DNA of 62,140 nucleotides, filler included, from Bonamia ostreae (lineage: Eukaryota): NCBI GenBank assembly GCA_040357525.1. It is 28 parts of 28 records of this genome, joined end to end, with 100 filler letters (N's around TTAATTAATTAA, not from the genome) between each part and the next. Parts side by side here need not be neighbours in the genome. Positions count along the whole stretch, not along the records: positions 37,940 to 40,054 come from JBDODL010001035.1; positions 40,155 to 42,268 come from JBDODL010001036.1; positions 42,369 to 44,482 come from JBDODL010001037.1; positions 44,583 to 46,695 come from JBDODL010001038.1; positions 46,796 to 48,906 come from JBDODL010001039.1; positions 49,007 to 51,116 come from JBDODL010001040.1; 22 more parts are not named here. One strand, 5' to 3'. Within the stretch, counting starts at the first letter, position 1; every line of letters starts with the position of its first letter. Positions 38,673-51,070 of the stretch are shown here, piece after piece. Position numbers and translations under genes: made by a program. The notes beneath the pieces are model-generated. The model saw nothing but the letters and a program-made list of their open reading frames with translations. It did no database searches and had not been told where the DNA came from.

Positions 38673-39776
38673 ATGACCTCATCAGCGCAAAGATCATTTA
38701 CGGATTTTGAGAGAGAATGGTGTGAAAAAGCTAAATCCCTCATCACCTTGAAATCAGGGTAAATATCTTGTTCTTTATAGCTTCAGGGTCTAGGTATTTA
38801 ATTAGTATAGAAAAGTTGTAATTTTAGTAAAGAGGTATAATGCTTTCAAAAAATTTTCCATGAGTTTTTGAAAGTAATTATATTCCGTGATCATTAGATT
38901 TTGTTATTAGTTAAATTACCTGTATGGGTAAATAACTCTGGTAGTAAATAAAGGACTGTTGATTTTCTTTAGGTTATTCCTCTTTCTTTGTAAAATTTCT
39001 TTTTAATATCGTAGGGAGCAAATAAATAAGCCAAGTAGAAAAAGCAAGCTGAGTGAGGCTGAAGATTCTTATATATTAAATGAAAGGTCGGTTCTTTATG
39101 AAATGTATTGTTATATAAAAAAGTAGTGGATAATTTTAAAATCAGATAACTATTTTTTAATTCACTTCAGTTGATAGGTGGTTTTTAATTTTATTCGTTT
39201 TGTTAGCTGTAGATATCTTATATATTTTTTAATCTCTCTTTCAGAGCAATAAAGAGAAGAAGATTATGTAAAGAAGAAGACGAGTTTATATCTTATTTCC
39301 GGTAGGAAAGTCATTGATCCCCTTTTTTTTGTTCACGCAAAAGTTTAACATAATTTATGGAGTAGGTATCTTCTTAGGTTTATTTGTTACTGCATTTTTT
39401 ATTTAGATTTAATAACTCTCATAGGTACGAGCAGTTAGAGAAGAGAGTGAGGGGAGGGGGAGGATTGACATATATAGGATATGGAGATGAAGTCATGTCT
39501 TTGGAAAATAGCAACAACATAGCTTCAAGCATTGTGTCGATGGGGGATAATTATTGCGGTATAAGTTCTAGCACCTCCCACAGCACGGTTCCTTGTGACT
39601 TATCGATGGTGAATACTGTTTCAAGCACCGTATCAGTGATGAAGGAGGATTTGCGTACGATCCCCTTAGAGCATGAAATTAACGCTCTATCTCAGTTGGT
39701 GGAATGCATGAGAGTAGACGTAGAACAAACGTCTATGTTAATGATGTATATAAAAGATTACATGAAAAAAATTTAG
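38673..39776 (+). CDS. Four-exon hypothetical protein with canonical donors (origin unclear)
   Basis: Three consecutive phase-2 introns (donors GTAAAT, GTCGGT, GTAGGA) join MTSSAQRSF.. / EQINKPSRKSK.. / AIKRRRLCKEEDEF.. / YEQLEKRV.. into one open frame. Confidence 0.55.
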
Positions 39777-40054
39777 AGTAATATTTGTATTTATTGCATT
39801 TACTCGGAAATTATTATTGAATTCAGCGCTATAGTTTAGTACATTGTAGTGTTGTTTTTATTATTTTATTCTGGTTTATTTTGAAGTTTATAATAGTGTT
39901 TTAAAAAATTTGTTATGTGTATAAAATGAAAACGAGGACTTGCGTATGATCCCCTTAGAGCATGAAATTAACGCTCTATCTCAGTTGGTGGAAGTCTATG
40001 TTAGTGATGTATATAAAAGATTACATGAAATTTTTTAGAGTAATATTTGTATTT
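39645..40054 (+). repeat. Local duplication of the gene 3' end (39645-39794 repeated at ~39935-40054 with a 26-nt internal deletion)
   Basis: Near-identical GATCCCCTTAGAGCATGAAATTAACGCTCTATCTCAGTTGGTGGAA...AAAAGATTACATGAAA in both copies. Confidence 0.9.
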
Positions 40055-42659
40055 NNNNNNNNNNNNNNNNNNNNNNNNNNNNNNNNNNNNNNNNNNNNTT
40101 AATTAATTAANNNNNNNNNNNNNNNNNNNNNNNNNNNNNNNNNNNNNNNNNNNNGTGCGACTGACTGTGGGTTTCCGACGATGGAGAAATGGTGACCTTC
40201 AGATCTCATAAGCATCAAGTTTGCACCATTGTATCTAATACAACCAGTCTCTGCTCCTTTGACGACAAGAGGTATATCCTGGACGATGGTATCCACACCT
40301 CAGCTCATGGAAATTATAAGATATAAGAAAGCCATTCATATTTATTACTTGTTTTATATGTCGGTGTAACTGTGAGCGTTTGTTTTATCATGTTGATGTT
40401 TGTGAATTGAAATTACAAATTTTATTAATTGGATGTTACAATCAACCTAGTACTATGTCTACTGTGCGTAATATAGAAACATGAATAGGTATGTATCATA
40501 CAAAGGATACCTGGCACCTCCGCGGGGTCCTGGGGTCCTGGATCCCTGTCCCCTAGCGACCAATGGTCCCGGTGATTCTGATTCCGGAGTCTAAAGTACC
40601 GGAAACAGAGTCCAGTGAGAGATTATCTTTGTGGATGTAAGATACAACTGGAATTTGTGTACTTTATATTTACCAAACGATATGCAGAGAAACTCACGTC
40701 TATAATTGTGGAAACATCAGTTATTTTGCCATTTTACGTGAGGACACCAAAGTATCAATATTTTTACTTGCAATCTGTGCTCAAGTGTTTACGTCTGGCT
40801 TGAAAAGGCATGTGAAATATAAACATAGTGAACGGGAATTTGAAGGGTGATGACAGCAGAAATAATTGCCTTTGTTGCCGCCACAATCGCAACAACAATA
40901 ATTGTATTTGCCACCACAAGAACAACAACAACAACAACACGATTTTGTTTTTCCACATCCTTCTACTGCGAATGTATCAGTGCCCATCTGTCATCACAAG
41001 ACCTATTTCGTCAAAACTTTGTTGCATCATTGTATGACCAATGTTTCCTCTCCGCCAGAATTATATGGCTCTACAAAAGATGACAACCTCGTTTTGACAT
41101 CATGAAAGCTACGGTGCCTCACACCGTTGAGTTTATTTAGGACATTATATTAGATATGGATCAAGAGTCATCCCGGAATCAGGAATCTCGTCATTTTGAA
41201 CGACCTTATGTCCACGGCATCTAAAGATTCCAGGACTAGCGAGGTCTTTACGGAGGGCAGCCATCATAGAAATTTGGCTATCGACCACAATTTATACTAT
41301 GCAAAGATCCAATCCAGAGAAAAAATTGACATTACTTTGTGTTGTTTGATAATCTCATGCATTGACAACAAATCTGACTGGCTCGGCAGATTTATCCAGA
41401 AATCTCAACACCTGTTTTTAAAAAAATCACGTCTAAGCTCTATGGGATTTTGCTGATCAACTTTAGGCTAACCACACCCCAACACCTGTGTCTGTGCGTT
41501 GACGTTTTAAATCATATAAACTGCAAGCCACATCACATTTGTCTCATTGTCCACAAAACACACCTAGTTATCGGACGTACCAAGATTCAGTTCGTCCAGC
41601 ACCCCACCAATCCTTAATATTAACTGAGGGAGAGGCCAGAAAGAAGATCGAAGAAAATAAGAAGTCAAACGATAAACAAACGTTCGTCACTGGCTACGCT
41701 GCCCTCATCTAAAGTTAAAATACGGTTCCATTCATGTTACTGTCATAGATGACGCAGCAGACTTCTTTGTAGTGGCTACAGTGAACGCAAGTTCATTAGA
41801 ATGGCCCAAAATAAAAACCATCATCTCTTCGAATAAATGATGAAACCGAAATGGATTCGGACGAACATGCAGACAGTAAAACAGAAGATACGTACGACAG
41901 TGTTGAATTCGAGGAAGATGCTTAACTAACTGTTAGAAATACAAAATGAAAGATCGTTCCAAATTACTCTGATACATAAGATGTATTTATTAATGAAACT
42001 TTTATTGGTGGAAAAGTGTAAGCTTTATGTGAATAGACAAAAATAAGACTATATTTCCTTTTAAAATGGGTCACGCGATCAAGTGTTATATATCAGTGTA
42101 CGATTCATTTTTATGCCTCATTTCCACGGTGTATGTCAAAGAAGAAACATGTCTTGTGAGGACTGTCTCAAGCATGTTTATTACGATCCTGGAAATGTCG
42201 TAAGTTTCTTGCGGCCAGATAAAATGTATTGATGTGTGCGCAAACAAGGAAAACATGTCCGGAGCAAANNNNNNNNNNNNNNNNNNNNNNNNNNNNNNNN
42301 NNNNNNNNNNNNTTAATTAATTAANNNNNNNNNNNNNNNNNNNNNNNNNNNNNNNNNNNNNNNNNNNNCCAATTTTGATGCACCAATTGCGCATGTATGA
42401 TAACTGACTTCCACATGATTTTGATAATAGAATGTAACATTCGCAATGACAAAACGGACACATGATGGTTACGCTAGATTTACAATTCATGACTTCTTAA
42501 TGAAAACAAATCAGTTGATGTTGTGGGAGTTTTAACAGTCTCCTTTGAATTCAGGATGTTGCAAATTATTTGGTTGTTTAATAATCTAATTTGGAAATAC
42601 AAGATATCACTGTTATATGACGTGTATCAAACCAATTGCTAGGCCGTTCTTCACATTTT

Positions 42660-43070
42660 TTGTTTTATTTACGGATTGCTCACTTTACCTCATCAAGATA
42701 TAGGGGTCACGGTTGGTATGGCAGGTCAACAAAGGATGCTTGCTCGTCATAGGAACCCGATCCACCTCTGATGTCTCCATGAGTTCGTGTTTGCCCTACT
42801 CTTATTTATTTTTTATTCTTTGGGCATTCATGACATTGGTCATTGTTTGTTCTCTTCATTTACCCCTTTCAAATTAACAGATCAGCTTATATCAAAATAT
42901 CAGATTGTTTCGTTTATTTGATCAGGCTCATGACGAGTGTAACCGGTCAGCAGGAAAGATTTACCCCTCCGCTCTGGTGTATCTAGGGGTTTATATTGAC
43001 ATATTCAAAATCTTAAATTCTTTATAGGATTCACTAGATTGATAACTGTTCGTTACCTTCAATTTTTCTT
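42660..43070 (+). repeat. Two diverged tandem copies of a common oyster-type interspersed repeat
   Basis: Both copies carry ...GGTCA.CA..G.ATG/TT..C.C.TC...CTCTG.TGT.TC...GG...ATT...CTGTTCGTT; I recognise the pattern from bivalve genomes. Confidence 0.55.
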
Positions 43071-43620
43071 GCAAAGGGTCACCATTTATATCCGATGTTT
43101 TCTAAAATAACTTTCATATGTTACTATAAGTAATTGAAAACGTTAATGAACCTTTAATACTTAAAATTTAATTGCAAAATCATCAGATCCAGTACTCTAC
43201 AAGAAAAACGTTGCTAACCAGTGAACCAGGTTTTTTCATTGTTGTTCATGTAGAAAGTATGCATTCACTCCACTAATAGCACGTAAATGATATTTAATGT
43301 ATCAATATAGATTATATTTTATCATGACAGACAAGAAAATGTGATTCGCAACCTAAAATGTTCTCTTTCGTCCATGAAAGGGTTGATGATGCCATAAATA
43401 TTGCAGTGACGAAAGACAGGTAAATGAAAATTATCAAAAGTACTTCAGACCGTATAAGGACAGTTTTATCAGAGTAACCTATGTGTGATAAGCCAATAGC
43501 AATTTCGTAAAGACCTTAAGTGTTTGTGTACTTCAATATACCGGGATGTGACATATTACTAGGTAGTCTTGGTACGCCAAACTCGACTGCATGTTTATGA
43601 ATGTTGAAATAAAAGGCAAA

Positions 43621-43888
43621 ATGTTGACACTTATAAGAATTGTCTTCGGGTTTGCAATTTGTTTTAAGGTTATGTCATATGGCGACAAAAATTACACATC
43701 GCAAATTGCTAATTGTTACACGTCTTGCCTTGAAAAAGGCAAAGTGCTATCTGAGATGAATCATGATCCTTCTAACGTTAGTAATAACACCAAAGACTGT
43801 AATGTTGACCATGGGAACAATAATGAACAGCATTGTATGGAAATATGTGGAGTTCGTCGAATTAAAGACATCGATCCTCGTTTTACAG
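43621..43888 (+). CDS. First coding exon of a host secreted Cys-containing protein
   Basis: Signal-like MLTLIRIVFGFAICFKVMS, then CYTSC...CMEIC; donor GTAGGC. Confidence 0.4.
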
Positions 43889-45549
43889 GTAGGCATATTT
43901 TCTTTTCAATGACATAATTGCTTGGGTATTCTTTTGTGATTCACATAATATATTCTGTTCAAAGCGTTTTATAAAATATCGGGGTGAAGGACAAATTTGA
44001 ATATATTTTTGATTACCTCCTGTTAATCAAATTTAGCAAGTAAATAAGAAAAAATGGTTGATAGATTCTCATGTAACATTCATATTGATGTCATTTTAAA
44101 AATATATGTTAATGTCGTTCGATTAGATAAAGTTTTGCAATAAATATTGCTTAGCATGAGAAAATTATATATGTGTAAATGAAATTTGAACATTATCATG
44201 AAGGAAAATATAGACTAAAACGAACATTTCTATCATTGATATGTTTAATTTTTCTCTTTTGAAATGAACTGTTTATGTAACTACATTATACCTTATTTCT
44301 TCTCATGGCTATGTGTTGTCTTTCGAATATATCACATGTAAGGATTATATAACCTGCTCTCAAATCTGGAACGTTTTTACACTATTTAATCATAAATGTC
44401 TCAGAACGCAGTTATGACTTCACGAATTCATGTAATTTTCCCCAGATGAAAGTGATACGTTGCCTTTCTTGACAACCAGACGNNNNNNNNNNNNNNNNNN
44501 NNNNNNNNNNNNNNNNNNNNNNNNNNTTAATTAATTAANNNNNNNNNNNNNNNNNNNNNNNNNNNNNNNNNNNNNNNNNNNNCAACATTTACATTTCAAA
44601 ATACAGTGCCAAAAATGTCCATATTCAACATGGACGCAATAAAGATAGACATGGCTATCACAACAGTAACATGTACTTTCTAGTACGGCACAGTAGACAA
44701 GCTTCTAAAGGATGACCCGGACTTCCATAGATTATTACACACGAAACAGACCTATATTATCAGCATTTTTATTAGGCTCAAATTATTTCTGAAAAGAATC
44801 AAAATTAAAAAACGTAAACAAATACTCCACAATCCTAAACAATCCAGCAAACACATTTACCCGATTCGTTTCCAAACGATGTGATGTTGACGGTTCGGAT
44901 ACAATTTCTGGAATTAAGCTTGCTATGAAATAACAGTATTGATGGTATTGTACAAAAACAGTGAATCCCTCTCATAAATTCAATGAAAATACAAAACTGA
45001 ATGTAGGACAGACACAATAAAGGTGAGCATCACCCGCCGCGAGCCCTCCATATTGATCAGGTTAACGGAAAAATCCATAGTCAAATGTAGTAGGAAAAGA
45101 ACGATTTTTCTGTTTGACAACCCGTTGAGTCTAATGTGTTAGGTACATGTATATGTTTGTGCTTCCAGTCTGTCCTGCTGTAGTAAACACAAAATATGCA
45201 CAGAACAGACACATAAATCAGACGCAATATCTAGATTGCATTAGCCTTCGGTTAGGCCATACCTCGCTGAGACTGTAGTGGCTCGGTTAAATCATGATCT
45301 ATGTAATTCATTATAAACGATCTTTCAGTACTATAATATTTTCCAGAACGATTCTATTTCAACTTATAAATTGATTAACTGATGTACTTCTTATCCAAAA
45401 CGACTTTTTTAAGTAATCAGGCACCGCATTGTAAGGCACACTCAGGTTTATGCTTTAAAACATGTTTAAATTGCTAGGTTAAGGATATCTGTCGGAAGTA
45501 CATCGTAATTCACTTAAGAGTAAGCGTTCAAAATTAATGATATTGTGGA

Positions 45550-45630
45550 GGTCAGACGGGTTCAATTGACGGTAGAGAACATGACTAGAGATTCAGGGGA
45601 CTCCGGGTTTGAATCCCGGTATGGACCAAT
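45550..45630 (+). repeat. Degenerate tRNA-like head (probable SINE remnant)
   Basis: GGTAGAG A-box-like and GGTTTGAATCCCGG B-box-like motifs; no intact cloverleaf. Confidence 0.35.
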
Positions 45631-46795
45631 GCATGTTACATCATTCATATATTACATTGCATGTCAACATGAATATATAGCGTTAAATAATTGAACTTTG
45701 ATATAAACAAGTTCATTCGGTTGTTGGTACAGATAATACCTATTTCGGTGCATCTCGCAAAGGTTCATCATGAAGATATGCACTGTAAACGATTTCTTCT
45801 GTGAAGTGTTGTTTATTGCATATACATGAATGTATGATAATGATTTATTTGTACAGTGCATACAGACTATATGTAATTTTACGATAAATGAATATAATAA
45901 TAATGATATATAACTTATTTGCAGATTTACTTTATTTTGCATGTTAAAATGATCTAAAAAAAATAACTGCACATGAGACGGAGATACGCCACCATATATC
46001 GAACTCTTGGTGAAGTACAGACGTCCACTGCAAGATAAATCTATGATAAGGCTTTGGATTAGAGGGTGACTATGTTTGAATTTTAATGGTAAATGTACTC
46101 CCTAGCAGCTGTTACCTTCTATAGCTTTCCTGCGATGCCAGACACTTTATCTTTAGCAACAACCACTCTCTCTTTATTTCCTGTTATACCCTATACGAAA
46201 GCAATTATAAAAGGCACCATTTTGCTTCTAAATTTAAACTAGTGTTTTGAAAAGCAGTACATTTAGTATAAGTCTATCTTTATTAATTGTAACCTTCACA
46301 GTGTTCTTTTGTAAATTTTGATAGAAGTGTGGTTGAGCGATAACAGAAATTAGAACATAACATCAAGTCATATCAGTTCTGCACTTGAAGAAGAGATGTT
46401 TTATCAGCATTGACGTTATTCAGTGTCATTATTCAAAGTCACACGGTGTTTGTAGGTGAGTATGCATTTACTATATTGTTGTATTTTTCACGCCATGTAT
46501 TTTCCTGTCTGATCTACTATTTTCACCAAATCAAATACGCATAAGTTTTCAGTTTTTTATCAATAAAGGATTACTGAAATTGCGATGGGACTCTTTAATG
46601 ATACCCAGATCTTTTGAGTTTCCGTGAATAGTAAGAATCTAGAGCTGTCATTGATATTCGTCCCTACATCGATCACTCCAACTGCCCTTTCAAAANNNNN
46701 NNNNNNNNNNNNNNNNNNNNNNNNNNNNNNNNNNNNNNNTTAATTAATTAANNNNNNNNNNNNNNNNNNNNNNNNNNNNNNNNNNNNNNNNNNNN

Positions 46796-47164
46796 TCTTT
46801 GTTGATTTTATCTTTGTTATTTTTCCTTTCTTCCTCAATTTTAATTTGTTTTTGCTCTTCCTTCGAGAGGCTTTTCTCACCGTCCCTTTCTCTTCGCTCT
46901 CTTTTTCTGTGTGAATAGTCGTTTCCAGGTTTTCTTTTTGTGTGGGAGTCCCGCACTTCTCGTTCAAAATCCTTTCTCTCCTGACGAGTTTTTTTTAGCT
47001 TTCACGTTTTTTCAAAAAACCAATTTTCTCTTCTTTTCGCTATTCTTCGATTCTTCTTCTTTTCGCTTTTTCTCTCTTTCTTTTTTTGAAATGAATTTCG
47101 GTCTGGCGAGTTTCGACATTGTCGATGTACTGCTTCTCGACAAGCTTAAGTTTGCTAAATCCAT
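46796..47164 (-). CDS. PRP28/DDX23-like DEAD-box splicing helicase, N-terminus only; 22-nt intron 46999-47020
   Basis: RPKFISKKERE followed by a charged R/E/K region and EQKQIK resembles the PRP28 N-terminus. The helicase core is not on the contig. Confidence 0.55.
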
Positions 47165-47569
47165 TTAAAGCTTAAATGATATATTTAAATAGATTTAAAG
47201 CTCAAATCGATTTTAGTCAATAAAAATTTAATCTCTTTAATTTCCGTTTCATCTTTTGCGATTATGTTTTGGCTGTTTGTTGTTTCATCTTTTTTTACCA
47301 AATTTTCTTCGTGATTAAGAGCTGTTAATGGAAAAATTAAAATGTAAAATTTTCTTCGTGAAATGTAAAAATCTGTTTGAAAAATTAAAATGTAAAAATT
47401 AAAATCTTAAACAAAACAACTTAAATATTGCATAATTGGGACCAACAAGACAACAAAAAAATTACCAGACAAGATCAAAGCTACAGAAATCGCAAAACAA
47501 GAAAAGTTTTCGTCCCGAAATTTCCAAAACATGTTAAAGTTTACGAAAATTCACGCAACAATTCAAAAG

Positions 47570-48906
47570 TTAAATCTTTTTGTTAAATGTGCTTGTTTTA
47601 GAAGACTTGTTTTTGAAATGTTTTAGAAGATATGTTTTTAATATTTTTGAAGATATATTTTTGAAATGTACATAAATATTGTTGTCATGTGGATGTAACA
47701 ATAATTCTAAATTTAGAAAATATTTATGTCTATTAGTACGACTAAAAATTTTTGCAATTTGCTGTGGCCAATAATTTTTTGAGTTTTTTATAGAAGGAGC
47801 AACAAATGGAGTAAATGGAGGATCTCTCGTTCTCATTCGAATATTTTTCATAAACACTAAATTTATTCATTCTAAAATGGACTATTTAAACAAATTTTTC
47901 TTCAAAATGGACAATTTAAAATTTATCGTCTAGATTTGAATATCTAAATAAAAACGAGGCAATGTCAGAAACACAAGTTTTAGTGCCATTGGAAATATCA
48001 ATGTTCTCAAATTTTAGATTTTTTATGTAACTTCGCCAAAAATAAACCATCAATATGTACAAGTTCTTGTCTTTGCTCGATAGCCAATTTTTAAATGTTT
48101 TTGGTTTCCCGAAAAATCGTATTGTTTCATTAAAAACATCAGTTAATCTGCTTGCACACTTTGGCTTTTATGCAGAATATTAAATTTTGCTATTATCGCT
48201 GATGTAACAATATTATAAATTTTGGTGAAAATAATTTTCAAAACAATTTTTTGGAACTTTTTATGAGAAAACATAATTTTTAAAGACTTTTTGGTAAATT
48301 TTTATTAAAAATTGCAAATTTGGTAAAAAAATAATCTTTAAACGATTTTTTGCAACTTTTGGCGATATTAACAAATATTTTTGCTAATTTTGGCGAAAAA
48401 AAAAATCGTTTAAAAATTTTTTTCGGAAATTTTTATGAAAAAGAAACAATTTTTAGACCAATATTTTTTACAAATTTCGCCAAAAATGATAAAAAAAACT
48501 TGTTCGGCAGCTTTCCGCAAGAAATTCAAAAAAGCTTTAACCAAATCGATGTCTTTAAGTCCTCTCTTCTTTAAATTTGAAATCGTCAACTCGGAAATTT
48601 GTAGTACAATTTCCACTGGAACAGGAACATTTTCACGCATGACCGAAATAAGCAAACTAAAACAATGCCGTCCATACAATCTGATGTCCCTTCTCGCCAC
48701 CGCGAGCAAACTCTCGAACAAAAAAAATTCTGGCTCCGTTTTGTACCAAAGACCTTTTTTCACAAAGTTAATGAACATTCTTATTCCGCCAATAGATACT
48801 TTGCTATCTGTGCTTTTTGCCAACCCCTTCACCTTTTATGTTACCAAAGAATTGAAGTTTTGAGCAATGACCAATTATTCGTATTTTGATAATCACAAAA
48901 AATAAA
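47570..48906 (-). CDS. Multi-exon helical protein of unknown function (partial)
   Basis: Open frames at 48500-48832, ~48050-48165 and 47570-47857, separated by GTTT-type donors. Confidence 0.4.
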
Positions 48907-49032
48907 NNNNNNNNNNNNNNNNNNNNNNNNNNNNNNNNNNNNNNNNNNNNTTAATTAATTAANNNNNNNNNNNNNNNNNNNNNNNNNNNNNNNNNNNNNN
49001 NNNNNNAAATTTCAGTCGAAAAATTATCGAAA

Positions 49033-50250
49033 CTACAAACTTGCAACGTCCATAAACGGCAGTCCTTTATTTTCAATCCAAAAATGGTCATTTTCGTTAA
49101 GCTCAAAGGTCGTAGAATTAGTTTTTTGGTTTTTCAAGAAATCTTCCCGTTCCAAAGAAACTTGATGATTTTGATAATTTAGGAGATCGTGTACCAGCGC
49201 TTGATATGTAGATGTGTGATGTAACATTGTGCTGATATCTATTTGTCTATCTACCAAAATCAGCACTTCATTAATTTTTTTTAATAAAATTGCAAAATTT
49301 TGTATTTCGATAAAATTGAAAATTAGCAAAAACAGGTTCGTTTAAAAGAAAATCCAAATTTCTTTTTTGGAAAAAGGTCTTCGTTGCGCTCCGAACGCGA
49401 TCTTATTTTTTCTGCCAATTTTCTTCCAATATTTTCCGCCATCGAACCTTTTGCAGCTTTAATTATCGGAACTTCTTTCTACAGCGATTTAAGATTATAA
49501 AACAATTGTCACAAAAATGTCAAATAAGCCATTTACTATTCTTTTGGCTAAATTTTGATCGTTTTTGATCATCTTCGAAAACGAGTTTTTTATCGACAAC
49601 GAAAACAACCGTTTTTCAAGACATTGGAAATGCGAAAATTGGTCGTACACCTTTCCATAAAATTTGCAAATTTAAAAGTTTTTCGAATTATCGAAAACAG
49701 TAAATTATAAAATTTGGAAAAACTGATTTTATTTTGTCTGAAACGCCGAGTTCTAAGCTCTTCTTGGCAAGATATGAAAGCATTTCTTTTGAAATCGACG
49801 AAACAAAATTTAGATAATATTCTCTATACAAATCCTCCATTAAATCCTTTTATGATTTTGCCAAATTAAACATTTAAGATATTGTCAATATTCTCCTTAT
49901 TAGGTTCCACAAAATAAATTGAAATTGCATCCGAAACTGCTTCTTTTTTCGAATTCGATAGTCTAAATAAACCAGGAAATTAAATTTGGCAGTTTTTTTT
50001 TTAATTTTAACCAATTTGCAAATTTGTAAATTTTATAAAAAACAAAAGCAAAGTGACGCCAAAAGAGCGGATTTCGTTCAAATTGAAAAGAGGCGAAATG
50101 ATTTCTCTGCCAGTTATATCAATTATAAGCACTTTCCAAATTTTGTCGCTTTTGCCGTTTTTGTTCAGATTCAACATTCTCTTGATCGATTCTTCTTCGT
50201 CTAGTAAAAAAACTTTTTTGCACGTCTAACAGGCTCGATTTTTCCGACAT
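49033..50250 (-). CDS. SLY1: Sec1/Munc18 family protein Sly1/SCFD1, N-terminal half, at least 6 introns
   Basis: SIKRMLNLN, WKVLIID, IISPLF, GVTL, IYFVEPNKENID, LYREYYLNFVSSIS, VYDQF and LILVDRQIDISTMLHHTSTYQALVHDLL. Confidence 0.92.
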
Positions 50251-50455
50251 CGTCTAATTTGAGGATTCAGTTTGTTTCAAGTTTTCAGATATAATATTTA
50301 CAGTTGCTAATTTTGACTATGAGATGTAAACAACGACTTAAAAGCAAAAATTGTATTTGTGGCAATAATCAATTTAATAATAAATAATTATTTTAGCCAA
50401 ACGTAAAATTATATTTGTTTGCTTAATATTTAAAGCTGCAGTTAAACAAAAATAA

Positions 50456-51070
50456 ATGATGGAGTTTAACCGACCATGCAGATTGTAATTTTAGTCAAAT
50501 AAAAGGTGTTGGAACAAAGAGAGCGTTCACGCATGTCCGAAATGCAATATTTCGTATTGTTCCCTTTCGTGTTACCAAGTTTTGAGTCCAAACGTAAAGT
50601 CGCATAGTAACGATTGCACTGAAGCGTTCTACAAAGACAACGTGGAAAATCAACTAAAATCTGGAAACTCTATTCCCGAAAAAGAACGACAAAAAATGGC
50701 CGAACTAGTCCAAAAAGAAATCAACAAAATCGTAACTGGCGAAATAAGCTTCAAAAGCGAAGAAAATCACGAAACCGACTCGGAATCTGATATTTTCGAT
50801 AAAGAAATGACGGGAAAAATGGAAAGAATGGCAGAAGAAGAAAACTTCGACTTTGGAGAATTTAGTGAAAAAGAGCAAAATCGTTTTTTCAATGCCGTCA
50901 ATAGCGGTCTGCTCAATTCAAGTGTAATTGAATGGATTCCGTGGTGGAAAAGTTATTTCCCGCAATTACAAAACGGCAAGACCGACATACCAAAAAAGAT
51001 TTTGGTAATTGACCATCAACGTAATTTTAATTTTCAAAAATTAAAATCTCTCAACTTTCCAATTTTTTAA
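50456..51070 (+). CDS. ZNHIT2: zf-HIT protein, ZNHIT2-like; 21-nt introns 50485-50505 and 50579-50599
   Basis: Spliced CRLC......ACPKCNISYCSLSCYQSHSNDCTEAFYKDNV, and later WIPWW. Confidence 0.8.

Noticed and set aside
40781-40987. Metallothionein-like Cys-rich ORF
   Set aside because: The Cys runs come from a (CAA/TTG)n low-complexity tract; there is no regular CxC spacing or exon support.
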